64,000 nt of DNA. It comes from Planctomycetota bacterium. GTDB lineage: Bacteria > Planctomycetota > UBA11346. A program made the position numbers and the translations under genes. Below, in pieces: positions 48,641-59,000 of this stretch (the first letter of the stretch is position 1; every line of letters starts with the position of its first letter). The notes under the pieces are model-generated. The model did not search any database and was not told where the DNA came from. It worked only from the letters and a program-made list of their open reading frames with translations. The stretch is from positions 11,571 to 75,570 of the forward strand of contig JBBQSO010000016.1 in NCBI GenBank assembly GCA_038213805.1. The letters run 5' to 3'.

Positions 48641-51600
48641 CTAGACCTTCCGCGTGGGCGGCGTCGGAGCCGGCATCGCGCTGCCCGCCGCCGCGCGGAT
48701 GCGCTCGCACAGCGCCACCACCGCCTGGCGCTGCGCCGGCAGGTCGGCGCCCAGGCCGAGGTCGGGGAAGTCGGCCAGCATGCGCTCGCATTCCTCACCA
48801 AGGCGCGAGCGCGCGGGGCCCCCGATGCGCGTCACCAGCACGCGGTGCTCGAGGAGGCGCGTGCGCGCCTCGGCGATGGCGTCGCGTTCAGCGGCCACGC
48901 GCTTGCCGACTTCAAGCAGGCCGCCACGCAGGCGACCCTCCGCGAAACCGGCGCCGCTGGGCGCGCCGCGCGCCAGGCCGGCGGGATCGCCGAGCGCCAG
49001 CAGGCACTCCTCGAGCACGCCGCCCAGCTCGCGCACCTGCCCGGCGCAACCCAGGGCCAGGACCAGGCGGGCGGCATCGGCTGGCACGGCGTCGTCCCAT
49101 ACCGCGAGCAGCCCGGCGCAACGGTCGGCGGCGCGCTTGGTGTCCTGTGGCTTGGTCGCAGCGAGATCGAGGCGGCGGGACAGCGCATCGAGGTAGACAT
49201 CGGCGCGGCGCAGTGCGTGCCAGGGCAGGCGCGCCGGCAGGTCGGGCGCGGACAGCCGCGCCACCTGCTCGGCGGCGCTGGCGATCGCCGCCGCCGCGGC
49301 CAACGATTTGGCGCCTTGCTTGAGGCGCGCGCGCAGCGGCTCGGCGCGTGCGCAGATGCGCTCGAGCAGGGCATCGATCTCGCCGCCCGCCGCGACAAGG
49401 GCGACCTGGGCGCGTTCCTGTAGGTCGACGAAGGCCGCCGCGTCGCGGATGCGACCGCGTTCGACGCTGCGCAGCACGCTCAGCGCGCAGGCCCTGCGCA
49501 GCGCCCCGCAGCGCGCACCGAACAGGCGCTCGACGCGCGTGGTCAGCACCAGCGGTGCCGGGGCCAGCGCGAGTGCGGACAGCTCCCCATCGCAGGCCGC
49601 CTCGAGCAGCGCGTCCAGGCCGTCATCGTGCCAGGCCTGCGCGGCAAGGGCGCTGGCGAAGACCGTGCGTCGCGCCGCCACCAGCCCGCGCTCGTCGCGG
49701 CAGCGCATCAGCGCGACGTGGCCGGTCACGCCGCCGGCCGCGACCTCGCCCGGGCAGTCGCCGGGCCAGACGGTGGCCGGCGGCGTCTCCCACAGGCCGC
49801 GCAACACGCGCAGGCGATCGCCGGCAGCGGCGGCCTGAGCAGCGAGGAATTCCGGATCGCGGCCCTCGTAGGCGAGGGTGCCATCGACGCCGCGGATGCG
49901 AAAACGCAGGCGCAAATGCGCGGGCAAGGCCCCGGCCATGAACGGCGGGCAGGGCTGGCCGAGCCGTTCGCGCACCAGTTCGCCGAGCAGCTGCGGCAGA
50001 CCGCGGCGGGTGGCCGAGTCAGGCAGGGCGAGGCAGCGCGCGGTCAGGTCGCGGGCGCTGTCGGCGAGCGGGATCAGGCGCCGTCGCAGGTCCTTCGGCA
50101 GCTGGCCGAGATACGCCTCGATGGTCTCGGGCAGCGCACCCGGCACCAGCCAGTCGAGGCGGCCCTGGTCGACCAGCGCGAGCTGGTCCTCACGCAGCTC
50201 GAGGGTCGCGCCGTCGTCGGTGTCACCGGGCACGAAGCGGTAGCGCAGCCCCAGGCGCTGGCCGCCCATCGCGATCTCCTCTGGGAAACCGGCCGCGGCG
50301 CGCGCCACCGCCTCGGGGTCGGCGAGGTCGGCCGCGGCTATTACCAGGCGGTCTTCACCGTGCGTGCGGAACCAGCGGCGCAGCGCGTCGCTGGAGGCGA
50401 TCACCGGCGGATCGGCGGTGTCCAGGCCGAGCCGTTCGCGGTAGAATGCCGCGATTTGCGCGTCATCGATCCACAGCGTCGGATCGCGCAGGCGGTCGCG
50501 CAGGCGGCGCGCATCGGCCAGAACCGCGCGGTTGCGCGCGATGACGGGGAACTCGCCGTCAAGGTGCTCGCCACACAGGCCCTCATGCACGAACACCGCG
50601 GTCGCGTCCCGCGCATCGATGCGCTCGTACGGCACCATGCGCCCGCTTCGCACCGGCAGGCCCTTCCAGGTGACGGTCTCGGTGCACACCACTTGGCGGC
50701 GCTTGACGTGCCAGTGCGGATCGCGGTGGCGGCGGCGCACCCGGTCCCCGGCGAGCTCGACCACCCATTCCGGATCGATGGGCGCGCACAGCCGCGCGAA
50801 CAGCCGGCTGGTCTCGACCACCTCGCAGGCGACCAGCCACGGCGGTGGCGGCGGCGCGCGCTTGCCATCGTCGACCTTCCCGGCGCGCAGCGCGCTGCCG
50901 GGATGGACGTGCAACTGGCGGTCGCCGGCGCCGCGGAAGACGCGCTGCTCGGGATCGTACATCAGCACGTTGCCGAGCATGCCGGCGAGCACCGCGCGGT
51001 GCACGCGGTCCAGCGGCCACGCCTCGGCCGGGTGGCCTGTCGGCGGCACGACCGCGCCCTTGGCCTGGCCCGCGCCCGCGGGGCCCGCGCGGCGCTCGCG
51101 GATGGCCTGCCACAGCTGGTGGCGCACGTCCGCCCACTCGCGCATGCGGCGGAAGCCGATGAAGCCCGACTCGCAGAAGCGCTTGCGTGCGGATGCCGAG
51201 GCCGCTTCCTGGTAACGGTCCCACAGGCGCAGCACGGTGGCCAGGTCGCCCGCCTCGTGCGCCATGGCCTTGTGCGCGCTGTCGGCCTTGGACTCGGAGC
51301 CGAGCGGCCGCACGCGCGGATCCTGCACCGACAGGAAGGCCGCGATGGTGCAGGCCTCGTGCGGCACGCCCTCGGAAAGCCCGGCGAGCAGGATGCGCGC
51401 GACCTGGGGGTCGGCGGGGATCGACGCGAGTTGACGCCCCATGTGGGACAGCGCGGACTGCTGGTCGCGAGGCGCGGAGTGCGGAGTGCGGAGTGCGGAG
51501 TGCCGGTCTCCTGGCGCGGTGGCCGCTGCGCTGGCGTCGCCAGGCGTGCGTTGAGAATCAACCTGCTGCTGGTCGGAGTCCGTGGGGACAGGCCGCCGCT

Positions 51601-53098
51601 TCGACGCAGGCACCTGCGCATTCCGCACTCCGCACTCTGCATCTCTCGGCGGGTCCGCAAACGCCCCGAGTTCATCGAGCAGCGACCTGGCCTGCTGCCA
51701 CGCATGCCCCACGGGCGCATCCAGCCATGGGAACGATTCCGGCTGCCCCAGCCCCATGCCCAGGCACTGCAGCAGCACGCCGGCAAGGTTGGAGCGCAGG
51801 ATCTCGGGTGTGGTGTAGGGATCGCGCGCGGTGAAGTCCTCCTCGGGGAAGAGGCGGATGCACACGCCGGCCGAGACCCGGCCGGCGCGGCCGGCGCGCT
51901 GCGTGCTGCTCGCCTGTGAGATCGCCTCCACCGGCAGGCGCTCGGTGCGCGAGCCGGCCTGGTAGCGCTTGATGCGCGCCAAGCCGGTGTCGATGACGTA
52001 GCGGATGCCACTGATGGTCAGCGAGGTCTCGGCGATGTTGGTGGTGAGCACGATCTTGCGCCCGCGCACCGGCTGGAAGACGCGTTGCTGCTCCTTGGGG
52101 GTCAGGCGGCTGAACAGCGGCAGCACGGTCGCCCCGGCGAGGTCGTCGAGGCGGCGGCCAGCCTCGATGATGTCGCGCTCGGTGGGCAGGAAGCACAGCA
52201 CGTCGCCGGGCTCGCGGTCGCCGTGCACCTCGCGGATCGCCGACAGTGCCGCGCCGAGGTAGCCGATGTCGTCGTCACCGGGCGGTTGATACCGGATCTC
52301 GACCGGGAACATGCGCCCTTCGACCGCGATGATCGGCACCGGCGGCGGGACATGCGCGCTCTCCGCCAGCGGCCGCGAGAAGTAGGTGGCGAAGCGCTCG
52401 GCCTCGATGCTCGCGGACGCGATCACCACCAGCAGTTCCGGCCGGCGCTCGCGCAGCAGGCGCAGCAGGCCAAGCAGCAGGTCGACGTTGAGGTTACGCT
52501 CGTGCGCCTCGTCGACGATCACCGCGTCGTAGCGGGACAGCTCAGCGTCGTTGGCGAACTCGGCGAGCAGCAGGCCATCGGTGACCACCCGTACCAGGGT
52601 GTCGGCGCCGGCGCGGTCGTCGAAGCGCACACTGTGCGCGACCACGCCCTCCGCCGCCGCCAGCTCCTCGCGGATGCGCGCCGCCATCGCCACGGCCGCG
52701 ACGCGGCGCGGCTGGGTCAGCGCGATCATGCCGCGCCGGCCATAGCCCGCCTCAAGCAGCATCTTCGGCAGCTGGGTGGTCTTGCCCGAGCCGGTCGCGC
52801 CGGTCAGCACCACCACCTTGCTGCGCGCGATCTCAGCGAGGATCTCATCACGCCGCGCCGCCACCGGCAGCTGCTCCGGATAGGCGATGGTCAGCGGCAG
52901 GGCGCTGCGGCGCTGGACTTCGGCCACGCCCTGGGCGAGCCGCGCCGCGACCTCGTGCAGGGTGCGGTCCGCGGCCTGCCCGCGCGCCAGACGCTGGGCA
53001 GCCTGGCGCAGGCGCGGCTCGGCCCACAGCGCATCGCCGACGCGCGCGGCGGCGGCCTGGGCGCGCAGGGCCTCGACGGTGGGAGTTTCCGGGGCCAT
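48641..53098 (-). CDS. hrpA: ATP-dependent DEAH RNA helicase HrpA
   Basis: YPEQLPV, GATGSGKTTQLPK, TQPRR, DEAHER, NIAETSLTI, QRAGRAGR, HA2 region, GRLDWLVPG. Start placed at ATG 53098. Confidence 0.93.
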   Translation of the reverse strand: MAPETPTVEALRAQAAAARVGDALWAEPRLRQAAQRLARGQAADRTLHEVAARLAQGVAEVQRRSALPLTIAYPEQLPVAARRDEILAEIARSKVVVLTGATGSGKTTQLPKMLLEAGYGRRGMIALTQPRRVAAVAMAARIREELAAAEGVVAHSVRFDDRAGADTLVRVVTDGLLLAEFANDAELSRYDAVIVDEAHERNLNVDLLLGLLRLLRERRPELLVVIASASIEAERFATYFSRPLAESAHVPPPVPIIAVEGRMFPVEIRYQPPGDDDIGYLGAALSAIREVHGDREPGDVLCFLPTERDIIEAGRRLDDLAGATVLPLFSRLTPKEQQRVFQPVRGRKIVLTTNIAETSLTISGIRYVIDTGLARIKRYQAGSRTERLPVEAISQASSTQRAGRAGRVSAGVCIRLFPEEDFTARDPYTTPEILRSNLAGVLLQCLGMGLGQPESFPWLDAPVGHAWQQARSLLDELGAFADPPRDAECGVRNAQVPASKRRPVPTDSDQQQVDSQRTPGDASAAATAPGDRHSALRTPHSAPRDQQSALSHMGRQLASIPADPQVARILLAGLSEGVPHEACTIAAFLSVQDPRVRPLGSESKADSAHKAMAHEAGDLATVLRLWDRYQEAASASARKRFCESGFIGFRRMREWADVRHQLWQAIRERRAGPAGAGQAKGAVVPPTGHPAEAWPLDRVHRAVLAGMLGNVLMYDPEQRVFRGAGDRQLHVHPGSALRAGKVDDGKRAPPPPPWLVACEVVETSRLFARLCAPIDPEWVVELAGDRVRRRHRDPHWHVKRRQVVCTETVTWKGLPVRSGRMVPYERIDARDATAVFVHEGLCGEHLDGEFPVIARNRAVLADARRLRDRLRDPTLWIDDAQIAAFYRERLGLDTADPPVIASSDALRRWFRTHGEDRLVIAAADLADPEAVARAAAGFPEEIAMGGQRLGLRYRFVPGDTDDGATLELREDQLALVDQGRLDWLVPGALPETIEAYLGQLPKDLRRRLIPLADSARDLTARCLALPDSATRRGLPQLLGELVRERLGQPCPPFMAGALPAHLRLRFRIRGVDGTLAYEGRDPEFLAAQAAAAGDRLRVLRGLWETPPATVWPGDCPGEVAAGGVTGHVALMRCRDERGLVAARRTVFASALAAQAWHDDGLDALLEAACDGELSALALAPAPLVLTTRVERLFGARCGALRRACALSVLRSVERGRIRDAAAFVDLQERAQVALVAAGGEIDALLERICARAEPLRARLKQGAKSLAAAAAIASAAEQVARLSAPDLPARLPWHALRRADVYLDALSRRLDLAATKPQDTKRAADRCAGLLAVWDDAVPADAARLVLALGCAGQVRELGGVLEECLLALGDPAGLARGAPSGAGFAEGRLRGGLLEVGKRVAAERDAIAEARTRLLEHRVLVTRIGGPARSRLGEECERMLADFPDLGLGADLPAQRQAVVALCERIRAAAGSAMPAPTPPTRKV
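51474..51640. repeat. Inverted heptamer arrays inside hrpA: (GCGGAGT) x4 and about 3 complementary units
   Basis: 51474-51501 and gcattccgcactccgcactctgc at 51618-51640. Confidence 0.92.
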
Positions 53099-53289
53099 GG
53101 GGCGCGGAGTGTGCCAAACCCATAGCGGAATGCACTGCATAGCGGGGCGCAGGGTCGCAGGACGACTAGGGTTGCGGCGTGGGTGCGGTGAAAACCTCCA
53201 GACTCGCACGGACCGGCGTAGGTCGTACAGCGGGGCGGTGATCCTTGCGTCCCCGCCCCGCGGCGCGCTAATGCGATCAGGAGAGCGCC

Positions 53290-53904
53290 ATGGGATCCAC
53301 TACCCTCATCATCCTCGCCGTCGTCGGAGCGGTCGTGCTGCTGGCCCTGATCGTCGTGGTCTGGGCGGTCAGCGTGTTCAACAACCTGGTGACGCTGCGC
53401 AACCGCACCAAGAACGGCTTCTCGCAGATCGACGTGCAGCTCAAGCGCCGCTACGACCTGATCCCCAACCTGGTCGAGGTCGCTAAAGGCTACATGAAGC
53501 ACGAGAGCGCGACCCTTGAGGCGGTCATCGCCGCGCGCAACAGCGCGGTCGCCGTCCAGGCCAAGGCCGCCGCCGATCCCACCGACCCGGCGGCGATGAA
53601 GCAGCTGCTCAGCGCCGAGAGTGCAGTCACCGGCAGCCTCGGCCGGCTGTTCGCGGTCTCCGAGGCCTATCCCGACCTCAAGGCCAATACCACCATGACC
53701 CAACTGTCGGAAGAGCTGACCACCACCGAGAACAAGGTGTCGTTCGCCCGCCAGGCCTACAACGACGCGGTGCTGGGCTACAACACCGCGCGCGAGGTCT
53801 TCCCCGGCAACATCTTCGCCGGCATGTTCAACTTCACCGCTGCCACCGCCTACGAGATCGAGGCCGCGGCGCAGCGCGAGGCGCCGAAGGTGTCGTTCAC
53901 CTGA
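53290..53904 (+). CDS. lemA: LemA family protein
   Basis: SQIDVQLKRRYDLIPNLVE, EAYPDLKAN, TTENKVSFARQAYND, FPGN. Confidence 0.96.
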   Translation: MGSTTLIILAVVGAVVLLALIVVVWAVSVFNNLVTLRNRTKNGFSQIDVQLKRRYDLIPNLVEVAKGYMKHESATLEAVIAARNSAVAVQAKAAADPTDPAAMKQLLSAESAVTGSLGRLFAVSEAYPDLKANTTMTQLSEELTTTENKVSFARQAYNDAVLGYNTAREVFPGNIFAGMFNFTAATAYEIEAAAQREAPKVSFT

Positions 53905-53949
53905 ATCCCGACCTGGAGCGCGTGCGCAGGCCGGGCTGAAGGCATTCGG

Positions 53950-53993
53950 GCACTCCGCACTCCGCACCTCGTTTCTCGCTTCTCGCTTCTCGC
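53950..53993. repeat. Compound heptamer array (GCACTCC) x2.5 plus (TTCTCGC) x3
   Basis: Read directly from the lemA-M48 intergenic region. Confidence 0.85.
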
Positions 53994-54041
53994 CACCCTG
54001 CATCGCACCCCCTCCACCGCGATCGAGGCCCGTCCCCGACC

Positions 54042-55994
54042 ATGGATTTTTTCGCGCGCCAGGATTCCGCCCATCGCCAGAGCCGGCGGCTCGGCTGGCT
54101 GTTCGCCATGGCCGTCATCGGCGTGGTGGTGGTGCTGAACATCGCCGCCGCCTTCGCCGTCACGGCGTGGCTCGCACAGGGGCGCACCCACGACCGCCAG
54201 GCGATGGAATACAGCCCAGACCAGGTCGTGCTGCTGCGCTGGAAGGTGCACGGGCTGCTTACTCTTGGAACCCTGGTGGTGGTCGCGCTGGGCTCGCTGT
54301 ACAAGACCGCCCAGCTCGCAGCGGGCGGCGCGGTGGTCGCCGAGATGATGGGCGGGAGGCGCATCGACCGCAATTTGTCCGGCGCGGCCCCGGCGGAACG
54401 GCGGCTGCTGAACGTGGTAGAAGAGATGGCGATCGCCTCGGGCGTGCCCATGCCCCAGGTCTTCGTGCTGCCCGAGGACGGCATCAACGCCTTCGCCGCC
54501 GGGCACCGTGCGGACGACGCGGTGGTGGCCGTCACCGAGGGCACGCTGGCGCGGCTGACGCGCAGCGAGCTGCAGGGCGTGGTCGGCCACGAGTTCAGCC
54601 ACATCCTCAACGGCGACATGGGCATCAATCTGCGCATGCTCGGCCTGGTGCATGGCCTGCTGCTGATCGCGCTGATCGGCGAGGTGATCATGCGCACCAC
54701 CTATTATTCGCGCTCGTCGTCGAACGACCGGCGCGACGGCAACGGCATCTTCTTCGCGGGCGTCGCGCTGTTCGCGATCGGCTACGTCGGCTATTTCTTC
54801 GGCAACCTCATCAAGGCGGCGATGAGCCGGCAGCGCGAGCAGCTCGCCGACGCCTCGTCGGTGCAGTTCACGCGTAATCCCGACGGCATCGGCAACGCCC
54901 TCAAGAAGATCGGCGGCGGCTATAGCGAGTCGCGCCTGACCAGCCCGCACGCGGCCGAGTGCAGCTCCATGTGCTTCGGCGAGGCCATCCCGCTGTCGTT
55001 CAGCGGCCTGTTCGCCACCCACCCACCCATCGACGAGCGCATCCGCGCCGTGGATCCTGCCTGGGACGGGCGCTTCCTACCCGCGCCACGCCTCGATGCC
55101 GCGGTGGAGCGGGAAGCGCCGGAGCACGCCGCGCCGGTCAGCATGATGGGGCTCGCCGCCGCCCCTGGCGCGGTGCGCATCGCCGCCGATGACGTCACTG
55201 CGCGCGCCGGCACGGTCGCACCCGACGATGTCGCCTACGGCGCCGCGCTGCTCGCGCGCATCCCTACCGGACTGCTCGATGCGGCGCACGAGCCGTTCTC
55301 CGCCCGCGCGGTCGCGCTCGCCACCCTGTTCGATACCGATCCGGCGCAGGCTGCGGCGCAGCGCGAGCTGATCGCGCGCGCCGATCCCGACCTGACACGC
55401 GTGCTGCCGCGCATCCAGGGCCTGGTCGTGGGCCTGGGTCCCGGCGCGGCCCTGCCGCTGCTGCTGGTCTGTATTCCAGCGCTGCGCCAGCTGACCTTGC
55501 CGCAACGCGACGCCTTCCTCGCGCTCAGCGAGAGCCTGGTTGCCAATGACGGCGTGGTCAGCCTGCACGAGTTCGCTTTGGCCAAACTGCTCGCCGTCCA
55601 CCTCGGCCCGGCGCCGGAACGCACCGAGCGCATCTACGCGATGAAGCCGCTGCTGCCGCATCTCGCGGTGCTGCTGTCCGCGCTCGCGCGCAGCGGCAGC
55701 GCCGACGACGCGGGCGCGCGCCGCGCCTTCGCCGCCGGCAGCGCCAAGGTGCTGCTCGCGGGCGAGGCCCTTGATTTCCTGCCGCCAACCGCCGCCACCG
55801 CCGCGACCCTCGACCGCGCCCTCGCCGGCCTCGCCCTGGCCAGCACCGGCATCAAGCGCCGCGTCCTGACTGCGTGCGCCTGGTGCGTCGCCGCCGACGG
55901 CACCGTCACGGTCGCAGAAGCCGAGCTGCTGCGCGCCGTCGCGGATTGCCTGGGCTGCCCGCTGCCGGCATTCGCGGATGCGGTGGCAGCGTAG
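54042..55994 (+). CDS. M48 (HtpX-like) zinc metalloprotease with long C-terminal extension
   Basis: NVVEEMAIASG, INAFAAG, HEFSH, SRQREQLADA, FATHPPIDERI; adjacent to lemA. Confidence 0.92.
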   Translation: MDFFARQDSAHRQSRRLGWLFAMAVIGVVVVLNIAAAFAVTAWLAQGRTHDRQAMEYSPDQVVLLRWKVHGLLTLGTLVVVALGSLYKTAQLAAGGAVVAEMMGGRRIDRNLSGAAPAERRLLNVVEEMAIASGVPMPQVFVLPEDGINAFAAGHRADDAVVAVTEGTLARLTRSELQGVVGHEFSHILNGDMGINLRMLGLVHGLLLIALIGEVIMRTTYYSRSSSNDRRDGNGIFFAGVALFAIGYVGYFFGNLIKAAMSRQREQLADASSVQFTRNPDGIGNALKKIGGGYSESRLTSPHAAECSSMCFGEAIPLSFSGLFATHPPIDERIRAVDPAWDGRFLPAPRLDAAVEREAPEHAAPVSMMGLAAAPGAVRIAADDVTARAGTVAPDDVAYGAALLARIPTGLLDAAHEPFSARAVALATLFDTDPAQAAAQRELIARADPDLTRVLPRIQGLVVGLGPGAALPLLLVCIPALRQLTLPQRDAFLALSESLVANDGVVSLHEFALAKLLAVHLGPAPERTERIYAMKPLLPHLAVLLSALARSGSADDAGARRAFAAGSAKVLLAGEALDFLPPTAATAATLDRALAGLALASTGIKRRVLTACAWCVAADGTVTVAEAELLRAVADCLGCPLPAFADAVAA

Positions 55995-56054
55995 CGCGCA
56001 GGCCGCGGGACGCCGAGCTGCACCGGCGATTGACGCCAGGACCAGCGGCGACGT

Positions 56055-59000
56055 TCACCGCACAGGTCCGACCTCCGCCACGCGTCCGGTCAGGACATCG
56101 CGCACCCGGACGCGCAGACCCTGCCCATCCTCATCCGCCAACGGCAGGCTGAGCGTGCCGCGCCCATCGGCGCCGCTGAGCGCGTTGCGCACGAGGTGGC
56201 GCAGCGGCGCGCCGGCCGCATCCAGCACCTCGATGTGTACCACGTGCGGGGCGAAGGCCGTGACCGGCGCGTGCAGCTGCCAGGCGATGCGCAGGTCGCC
56301 GTCGGCGATCGCCGCGGTGACCGTGAACCCGGTACTGGCGTAGGGCAGCAGCGCGAGTGGATGGCCCTCGCCGGCGCGCATGGGCACGCTGATCACCTGA
56401 CCATCGCCGCTCAACACTGCACCGCTGCGGCAGTCGATGCAGGTCACTGCGCCAAAGCCGGACAGATCCACGCGCACGCTCTCGACCTCGGCGCCGGCGG
56501 TGGCGTCCTTCTCCTGATGGGCGACGCCGTCGGCGCCGACCACCTCGTGCATGCCGATGGGCGCGCGCAGCAGGGTGAGCAGATATGCCGGCACGGTTCC
56601 GGACAGGGCGTGCACGACCGCGGTGGTGCCGGGGCCAACGGTGAGCGGCACCTGGGGCTTCGCCCCGGCCTTGGCCAGCGCTGCTCGCAAGTCCCCCTTC
56701 ACTGCCGCGAAACGGGTCAGGCGCTGGGCCAGCGCCGGCGCCAGCGGCACTGGCCGCAGGAACTCATCGAGCTCGGGTTCGTCCGTGACCAGCGCCATAC
56801 CACCATGGTCGAGCAGCGCGGCGATCGCCGGCAGAACCGCCACGCCACCGGGCCCTGCACCGCGGCCGACGGCCAGCGTCATGGGCAAGGCGAGCACGCG
56901 CACTCCGCGCTTCTCAAGCACCCCGGCCGCGACCTCGGCGTCGCTGACCAGGAACGGATCCAGGCCGGCGGCGGTGAGCGCTGCCAGCAGCGTCTCCTCA
57001 GCCTTTTTGAACTCCTCGAAACGGCCGCGCGCCCAGGCGGCGCGCTGACTGGGCGCACTCCACAGTACCGCCACCGGCGAGAACACCCGCGTGGCCTGCT
57101 GGTACTGCATGCCCACCCCGGCGCGCAGCTCGGCGAGCGCCCGCTGGTAGTCGCGGCCAGAACGGCAGAAGGTCAGATCGGGGTCGTGCAGGCTCGGCCA
57201 CCAGAACAGCGCCGCGCCGGCGGCGCCGTCAAGCAGGTCAGACCATAGCTGGTGGGCCACCGACGGGCCGCTGCGGCCGTAGGCGCACCACGGCGTGGCG
57301 CGCAGTTCCGGTCCTCCCCAGCAGTGCCGCTGCAGCTCCTGGTGGCGGCCGCCGTAGCCGCACACCGCGCCCAGGGTGGGCGTGAGCTTGGCCCAGTCGA
57401 TGCCATTGAACACCGCCTGTTCCTGGGTGCCCGAGACGCTCAGGCGCGCCTCCGGATAGCCGGCGTGCACCGCCTCGCCATAGAGGCGGAAGACCCCGGC
57501 CCAGGCATCATCGTTGTGGTCGCGCCAGGCGTTCCACAGGCCGAGGTGGCCGCTGTCCTTGGCCTCCTGGCCGGTCTGAGGACCGACCTGCTCGAAGCTG
57601 GCGAAGGCGGTGCCGAAGGCGGCGTTCAGCGCGGCGATGCTCCCGAACTGCGTCTGCAGATGGGCGCGGAAGGCTGCGACGTTGGCGGGGTGCTCGTCGA
57701 GGTCAAACTCGGTGGTGTAACTGGTCAGCGAGGTCTCGTCCGAGGTGATCAGTGAGAGCGGCGCATACGGGACCATGTCCTTCGCCAGCGCGGTGACGCG
57801 CGCGCGCTCCTTGGCGGCGAATTCGGGATCGGCGAATGACGGCTTGCGCACCAGTGCGCTGCGCTCCTTGTGCTCGCGCCAGATGCGCATCTGCCCCTCG
57901 AGATCGTCGACATGCAGACCGTTGGCGAAGCCGACCACCTGCAGGCGCATGCCACCGCGCAGCAGCCGCCGCCACTCGTCGGGATCGCCCGGACTGGCGG
58001 TATTGCCGGTCAGGCCGAACTCGCGCATGCGCGCCATCTCGAGATCGGCGAGGAAGGGCAGGCCACGCTCGTCCCAGGTGAAGACCTCGTAGTCGTTCCA
58101 GCGCGGCGTCGGCGTGACCACCACCTCGGCCCGTCCCTCAGCGATCAGACGGCCATCGCGACGCGCCTGCAGGCGCACCAGCGCCACCGCTTGGCGCACG
58201 CGCGCGGTCGGCAGGGTCACGGTGCCGGTCGCAGCCGTGACCGGGACGGTGGCGAGCGTACGCCAACGGCCGTCGCCGAGTTCACCGAGCACCGCGCTCC
58301 AGGTCGCGCCCGCAGATTTTTCCGGGGCGGCGAAGGTCAGCGTGATCGACGTCCCCGGCATGACCGACACCGGCGCCTGCACCGGGAAGCGCAGGAAGGC
58401 CGGATCCGGATCGGCGAAGCCCAGCTCCCAGTCGGTGACCGCGCCGGCCGCGTCCTTCCACTGCCGCACGCTGTACCAGGGATCTGCGTCGTCGCCCTTC
58501 ACGGCCAGGACCTGCGGCTCGCCCTGGCGGCTGAGCGGCCGGTTGCCGGCCCAGGCCGCGGCGCGCGCCAGCAGCGCGTACCACGCCTCCCAGTAGCGGT
58601 GCTCCGGGCGGGCCACGAAGTCGTCGGGCACCGCCATATAGGGCGTCAGCGATGGGCTGCGCGCGGCGATCGTCACCACCCGACCCTTGCCGACCTGGCG
58701 CACCGCCAGCACCGGGGTGCCATTGGCCAGGGCGATCAGCACCTGCGCGCCAGGCGCGACCACGCAGCGCTGGGTCTCCATCTGCCCGGTGGGCAGGGCG
58801 TCGAGCGGCACACCCGCGGTGAGCGGATGCGCGCCCTGCGCGACCCAGCGCCCGCCGAATTCGCGGCCTTCGCTGGGCGCGTGCATGCCGCCGCCGTCGT
58901 CGGCCCAGTCGCTGGCGCCGTCGATCAGGGCGCTGAGCGCGCGCAGGTCCTCTGGCCAGGGTTGCCCGCGCTCACCGGGGAAAGGATTGATCAGCACCAG

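Noticed and set aside
51453..51659. Intein or target-site duplication at the hrpA insert (PRD appears at both ends)
   Set aside because: There is no His-Asn/Cys-Ser-Thr splice junction and it is too short for an intein. The two PRD codon sets differ (ccg aga gat versus cct cgc gac), so there is no DNA duplication.
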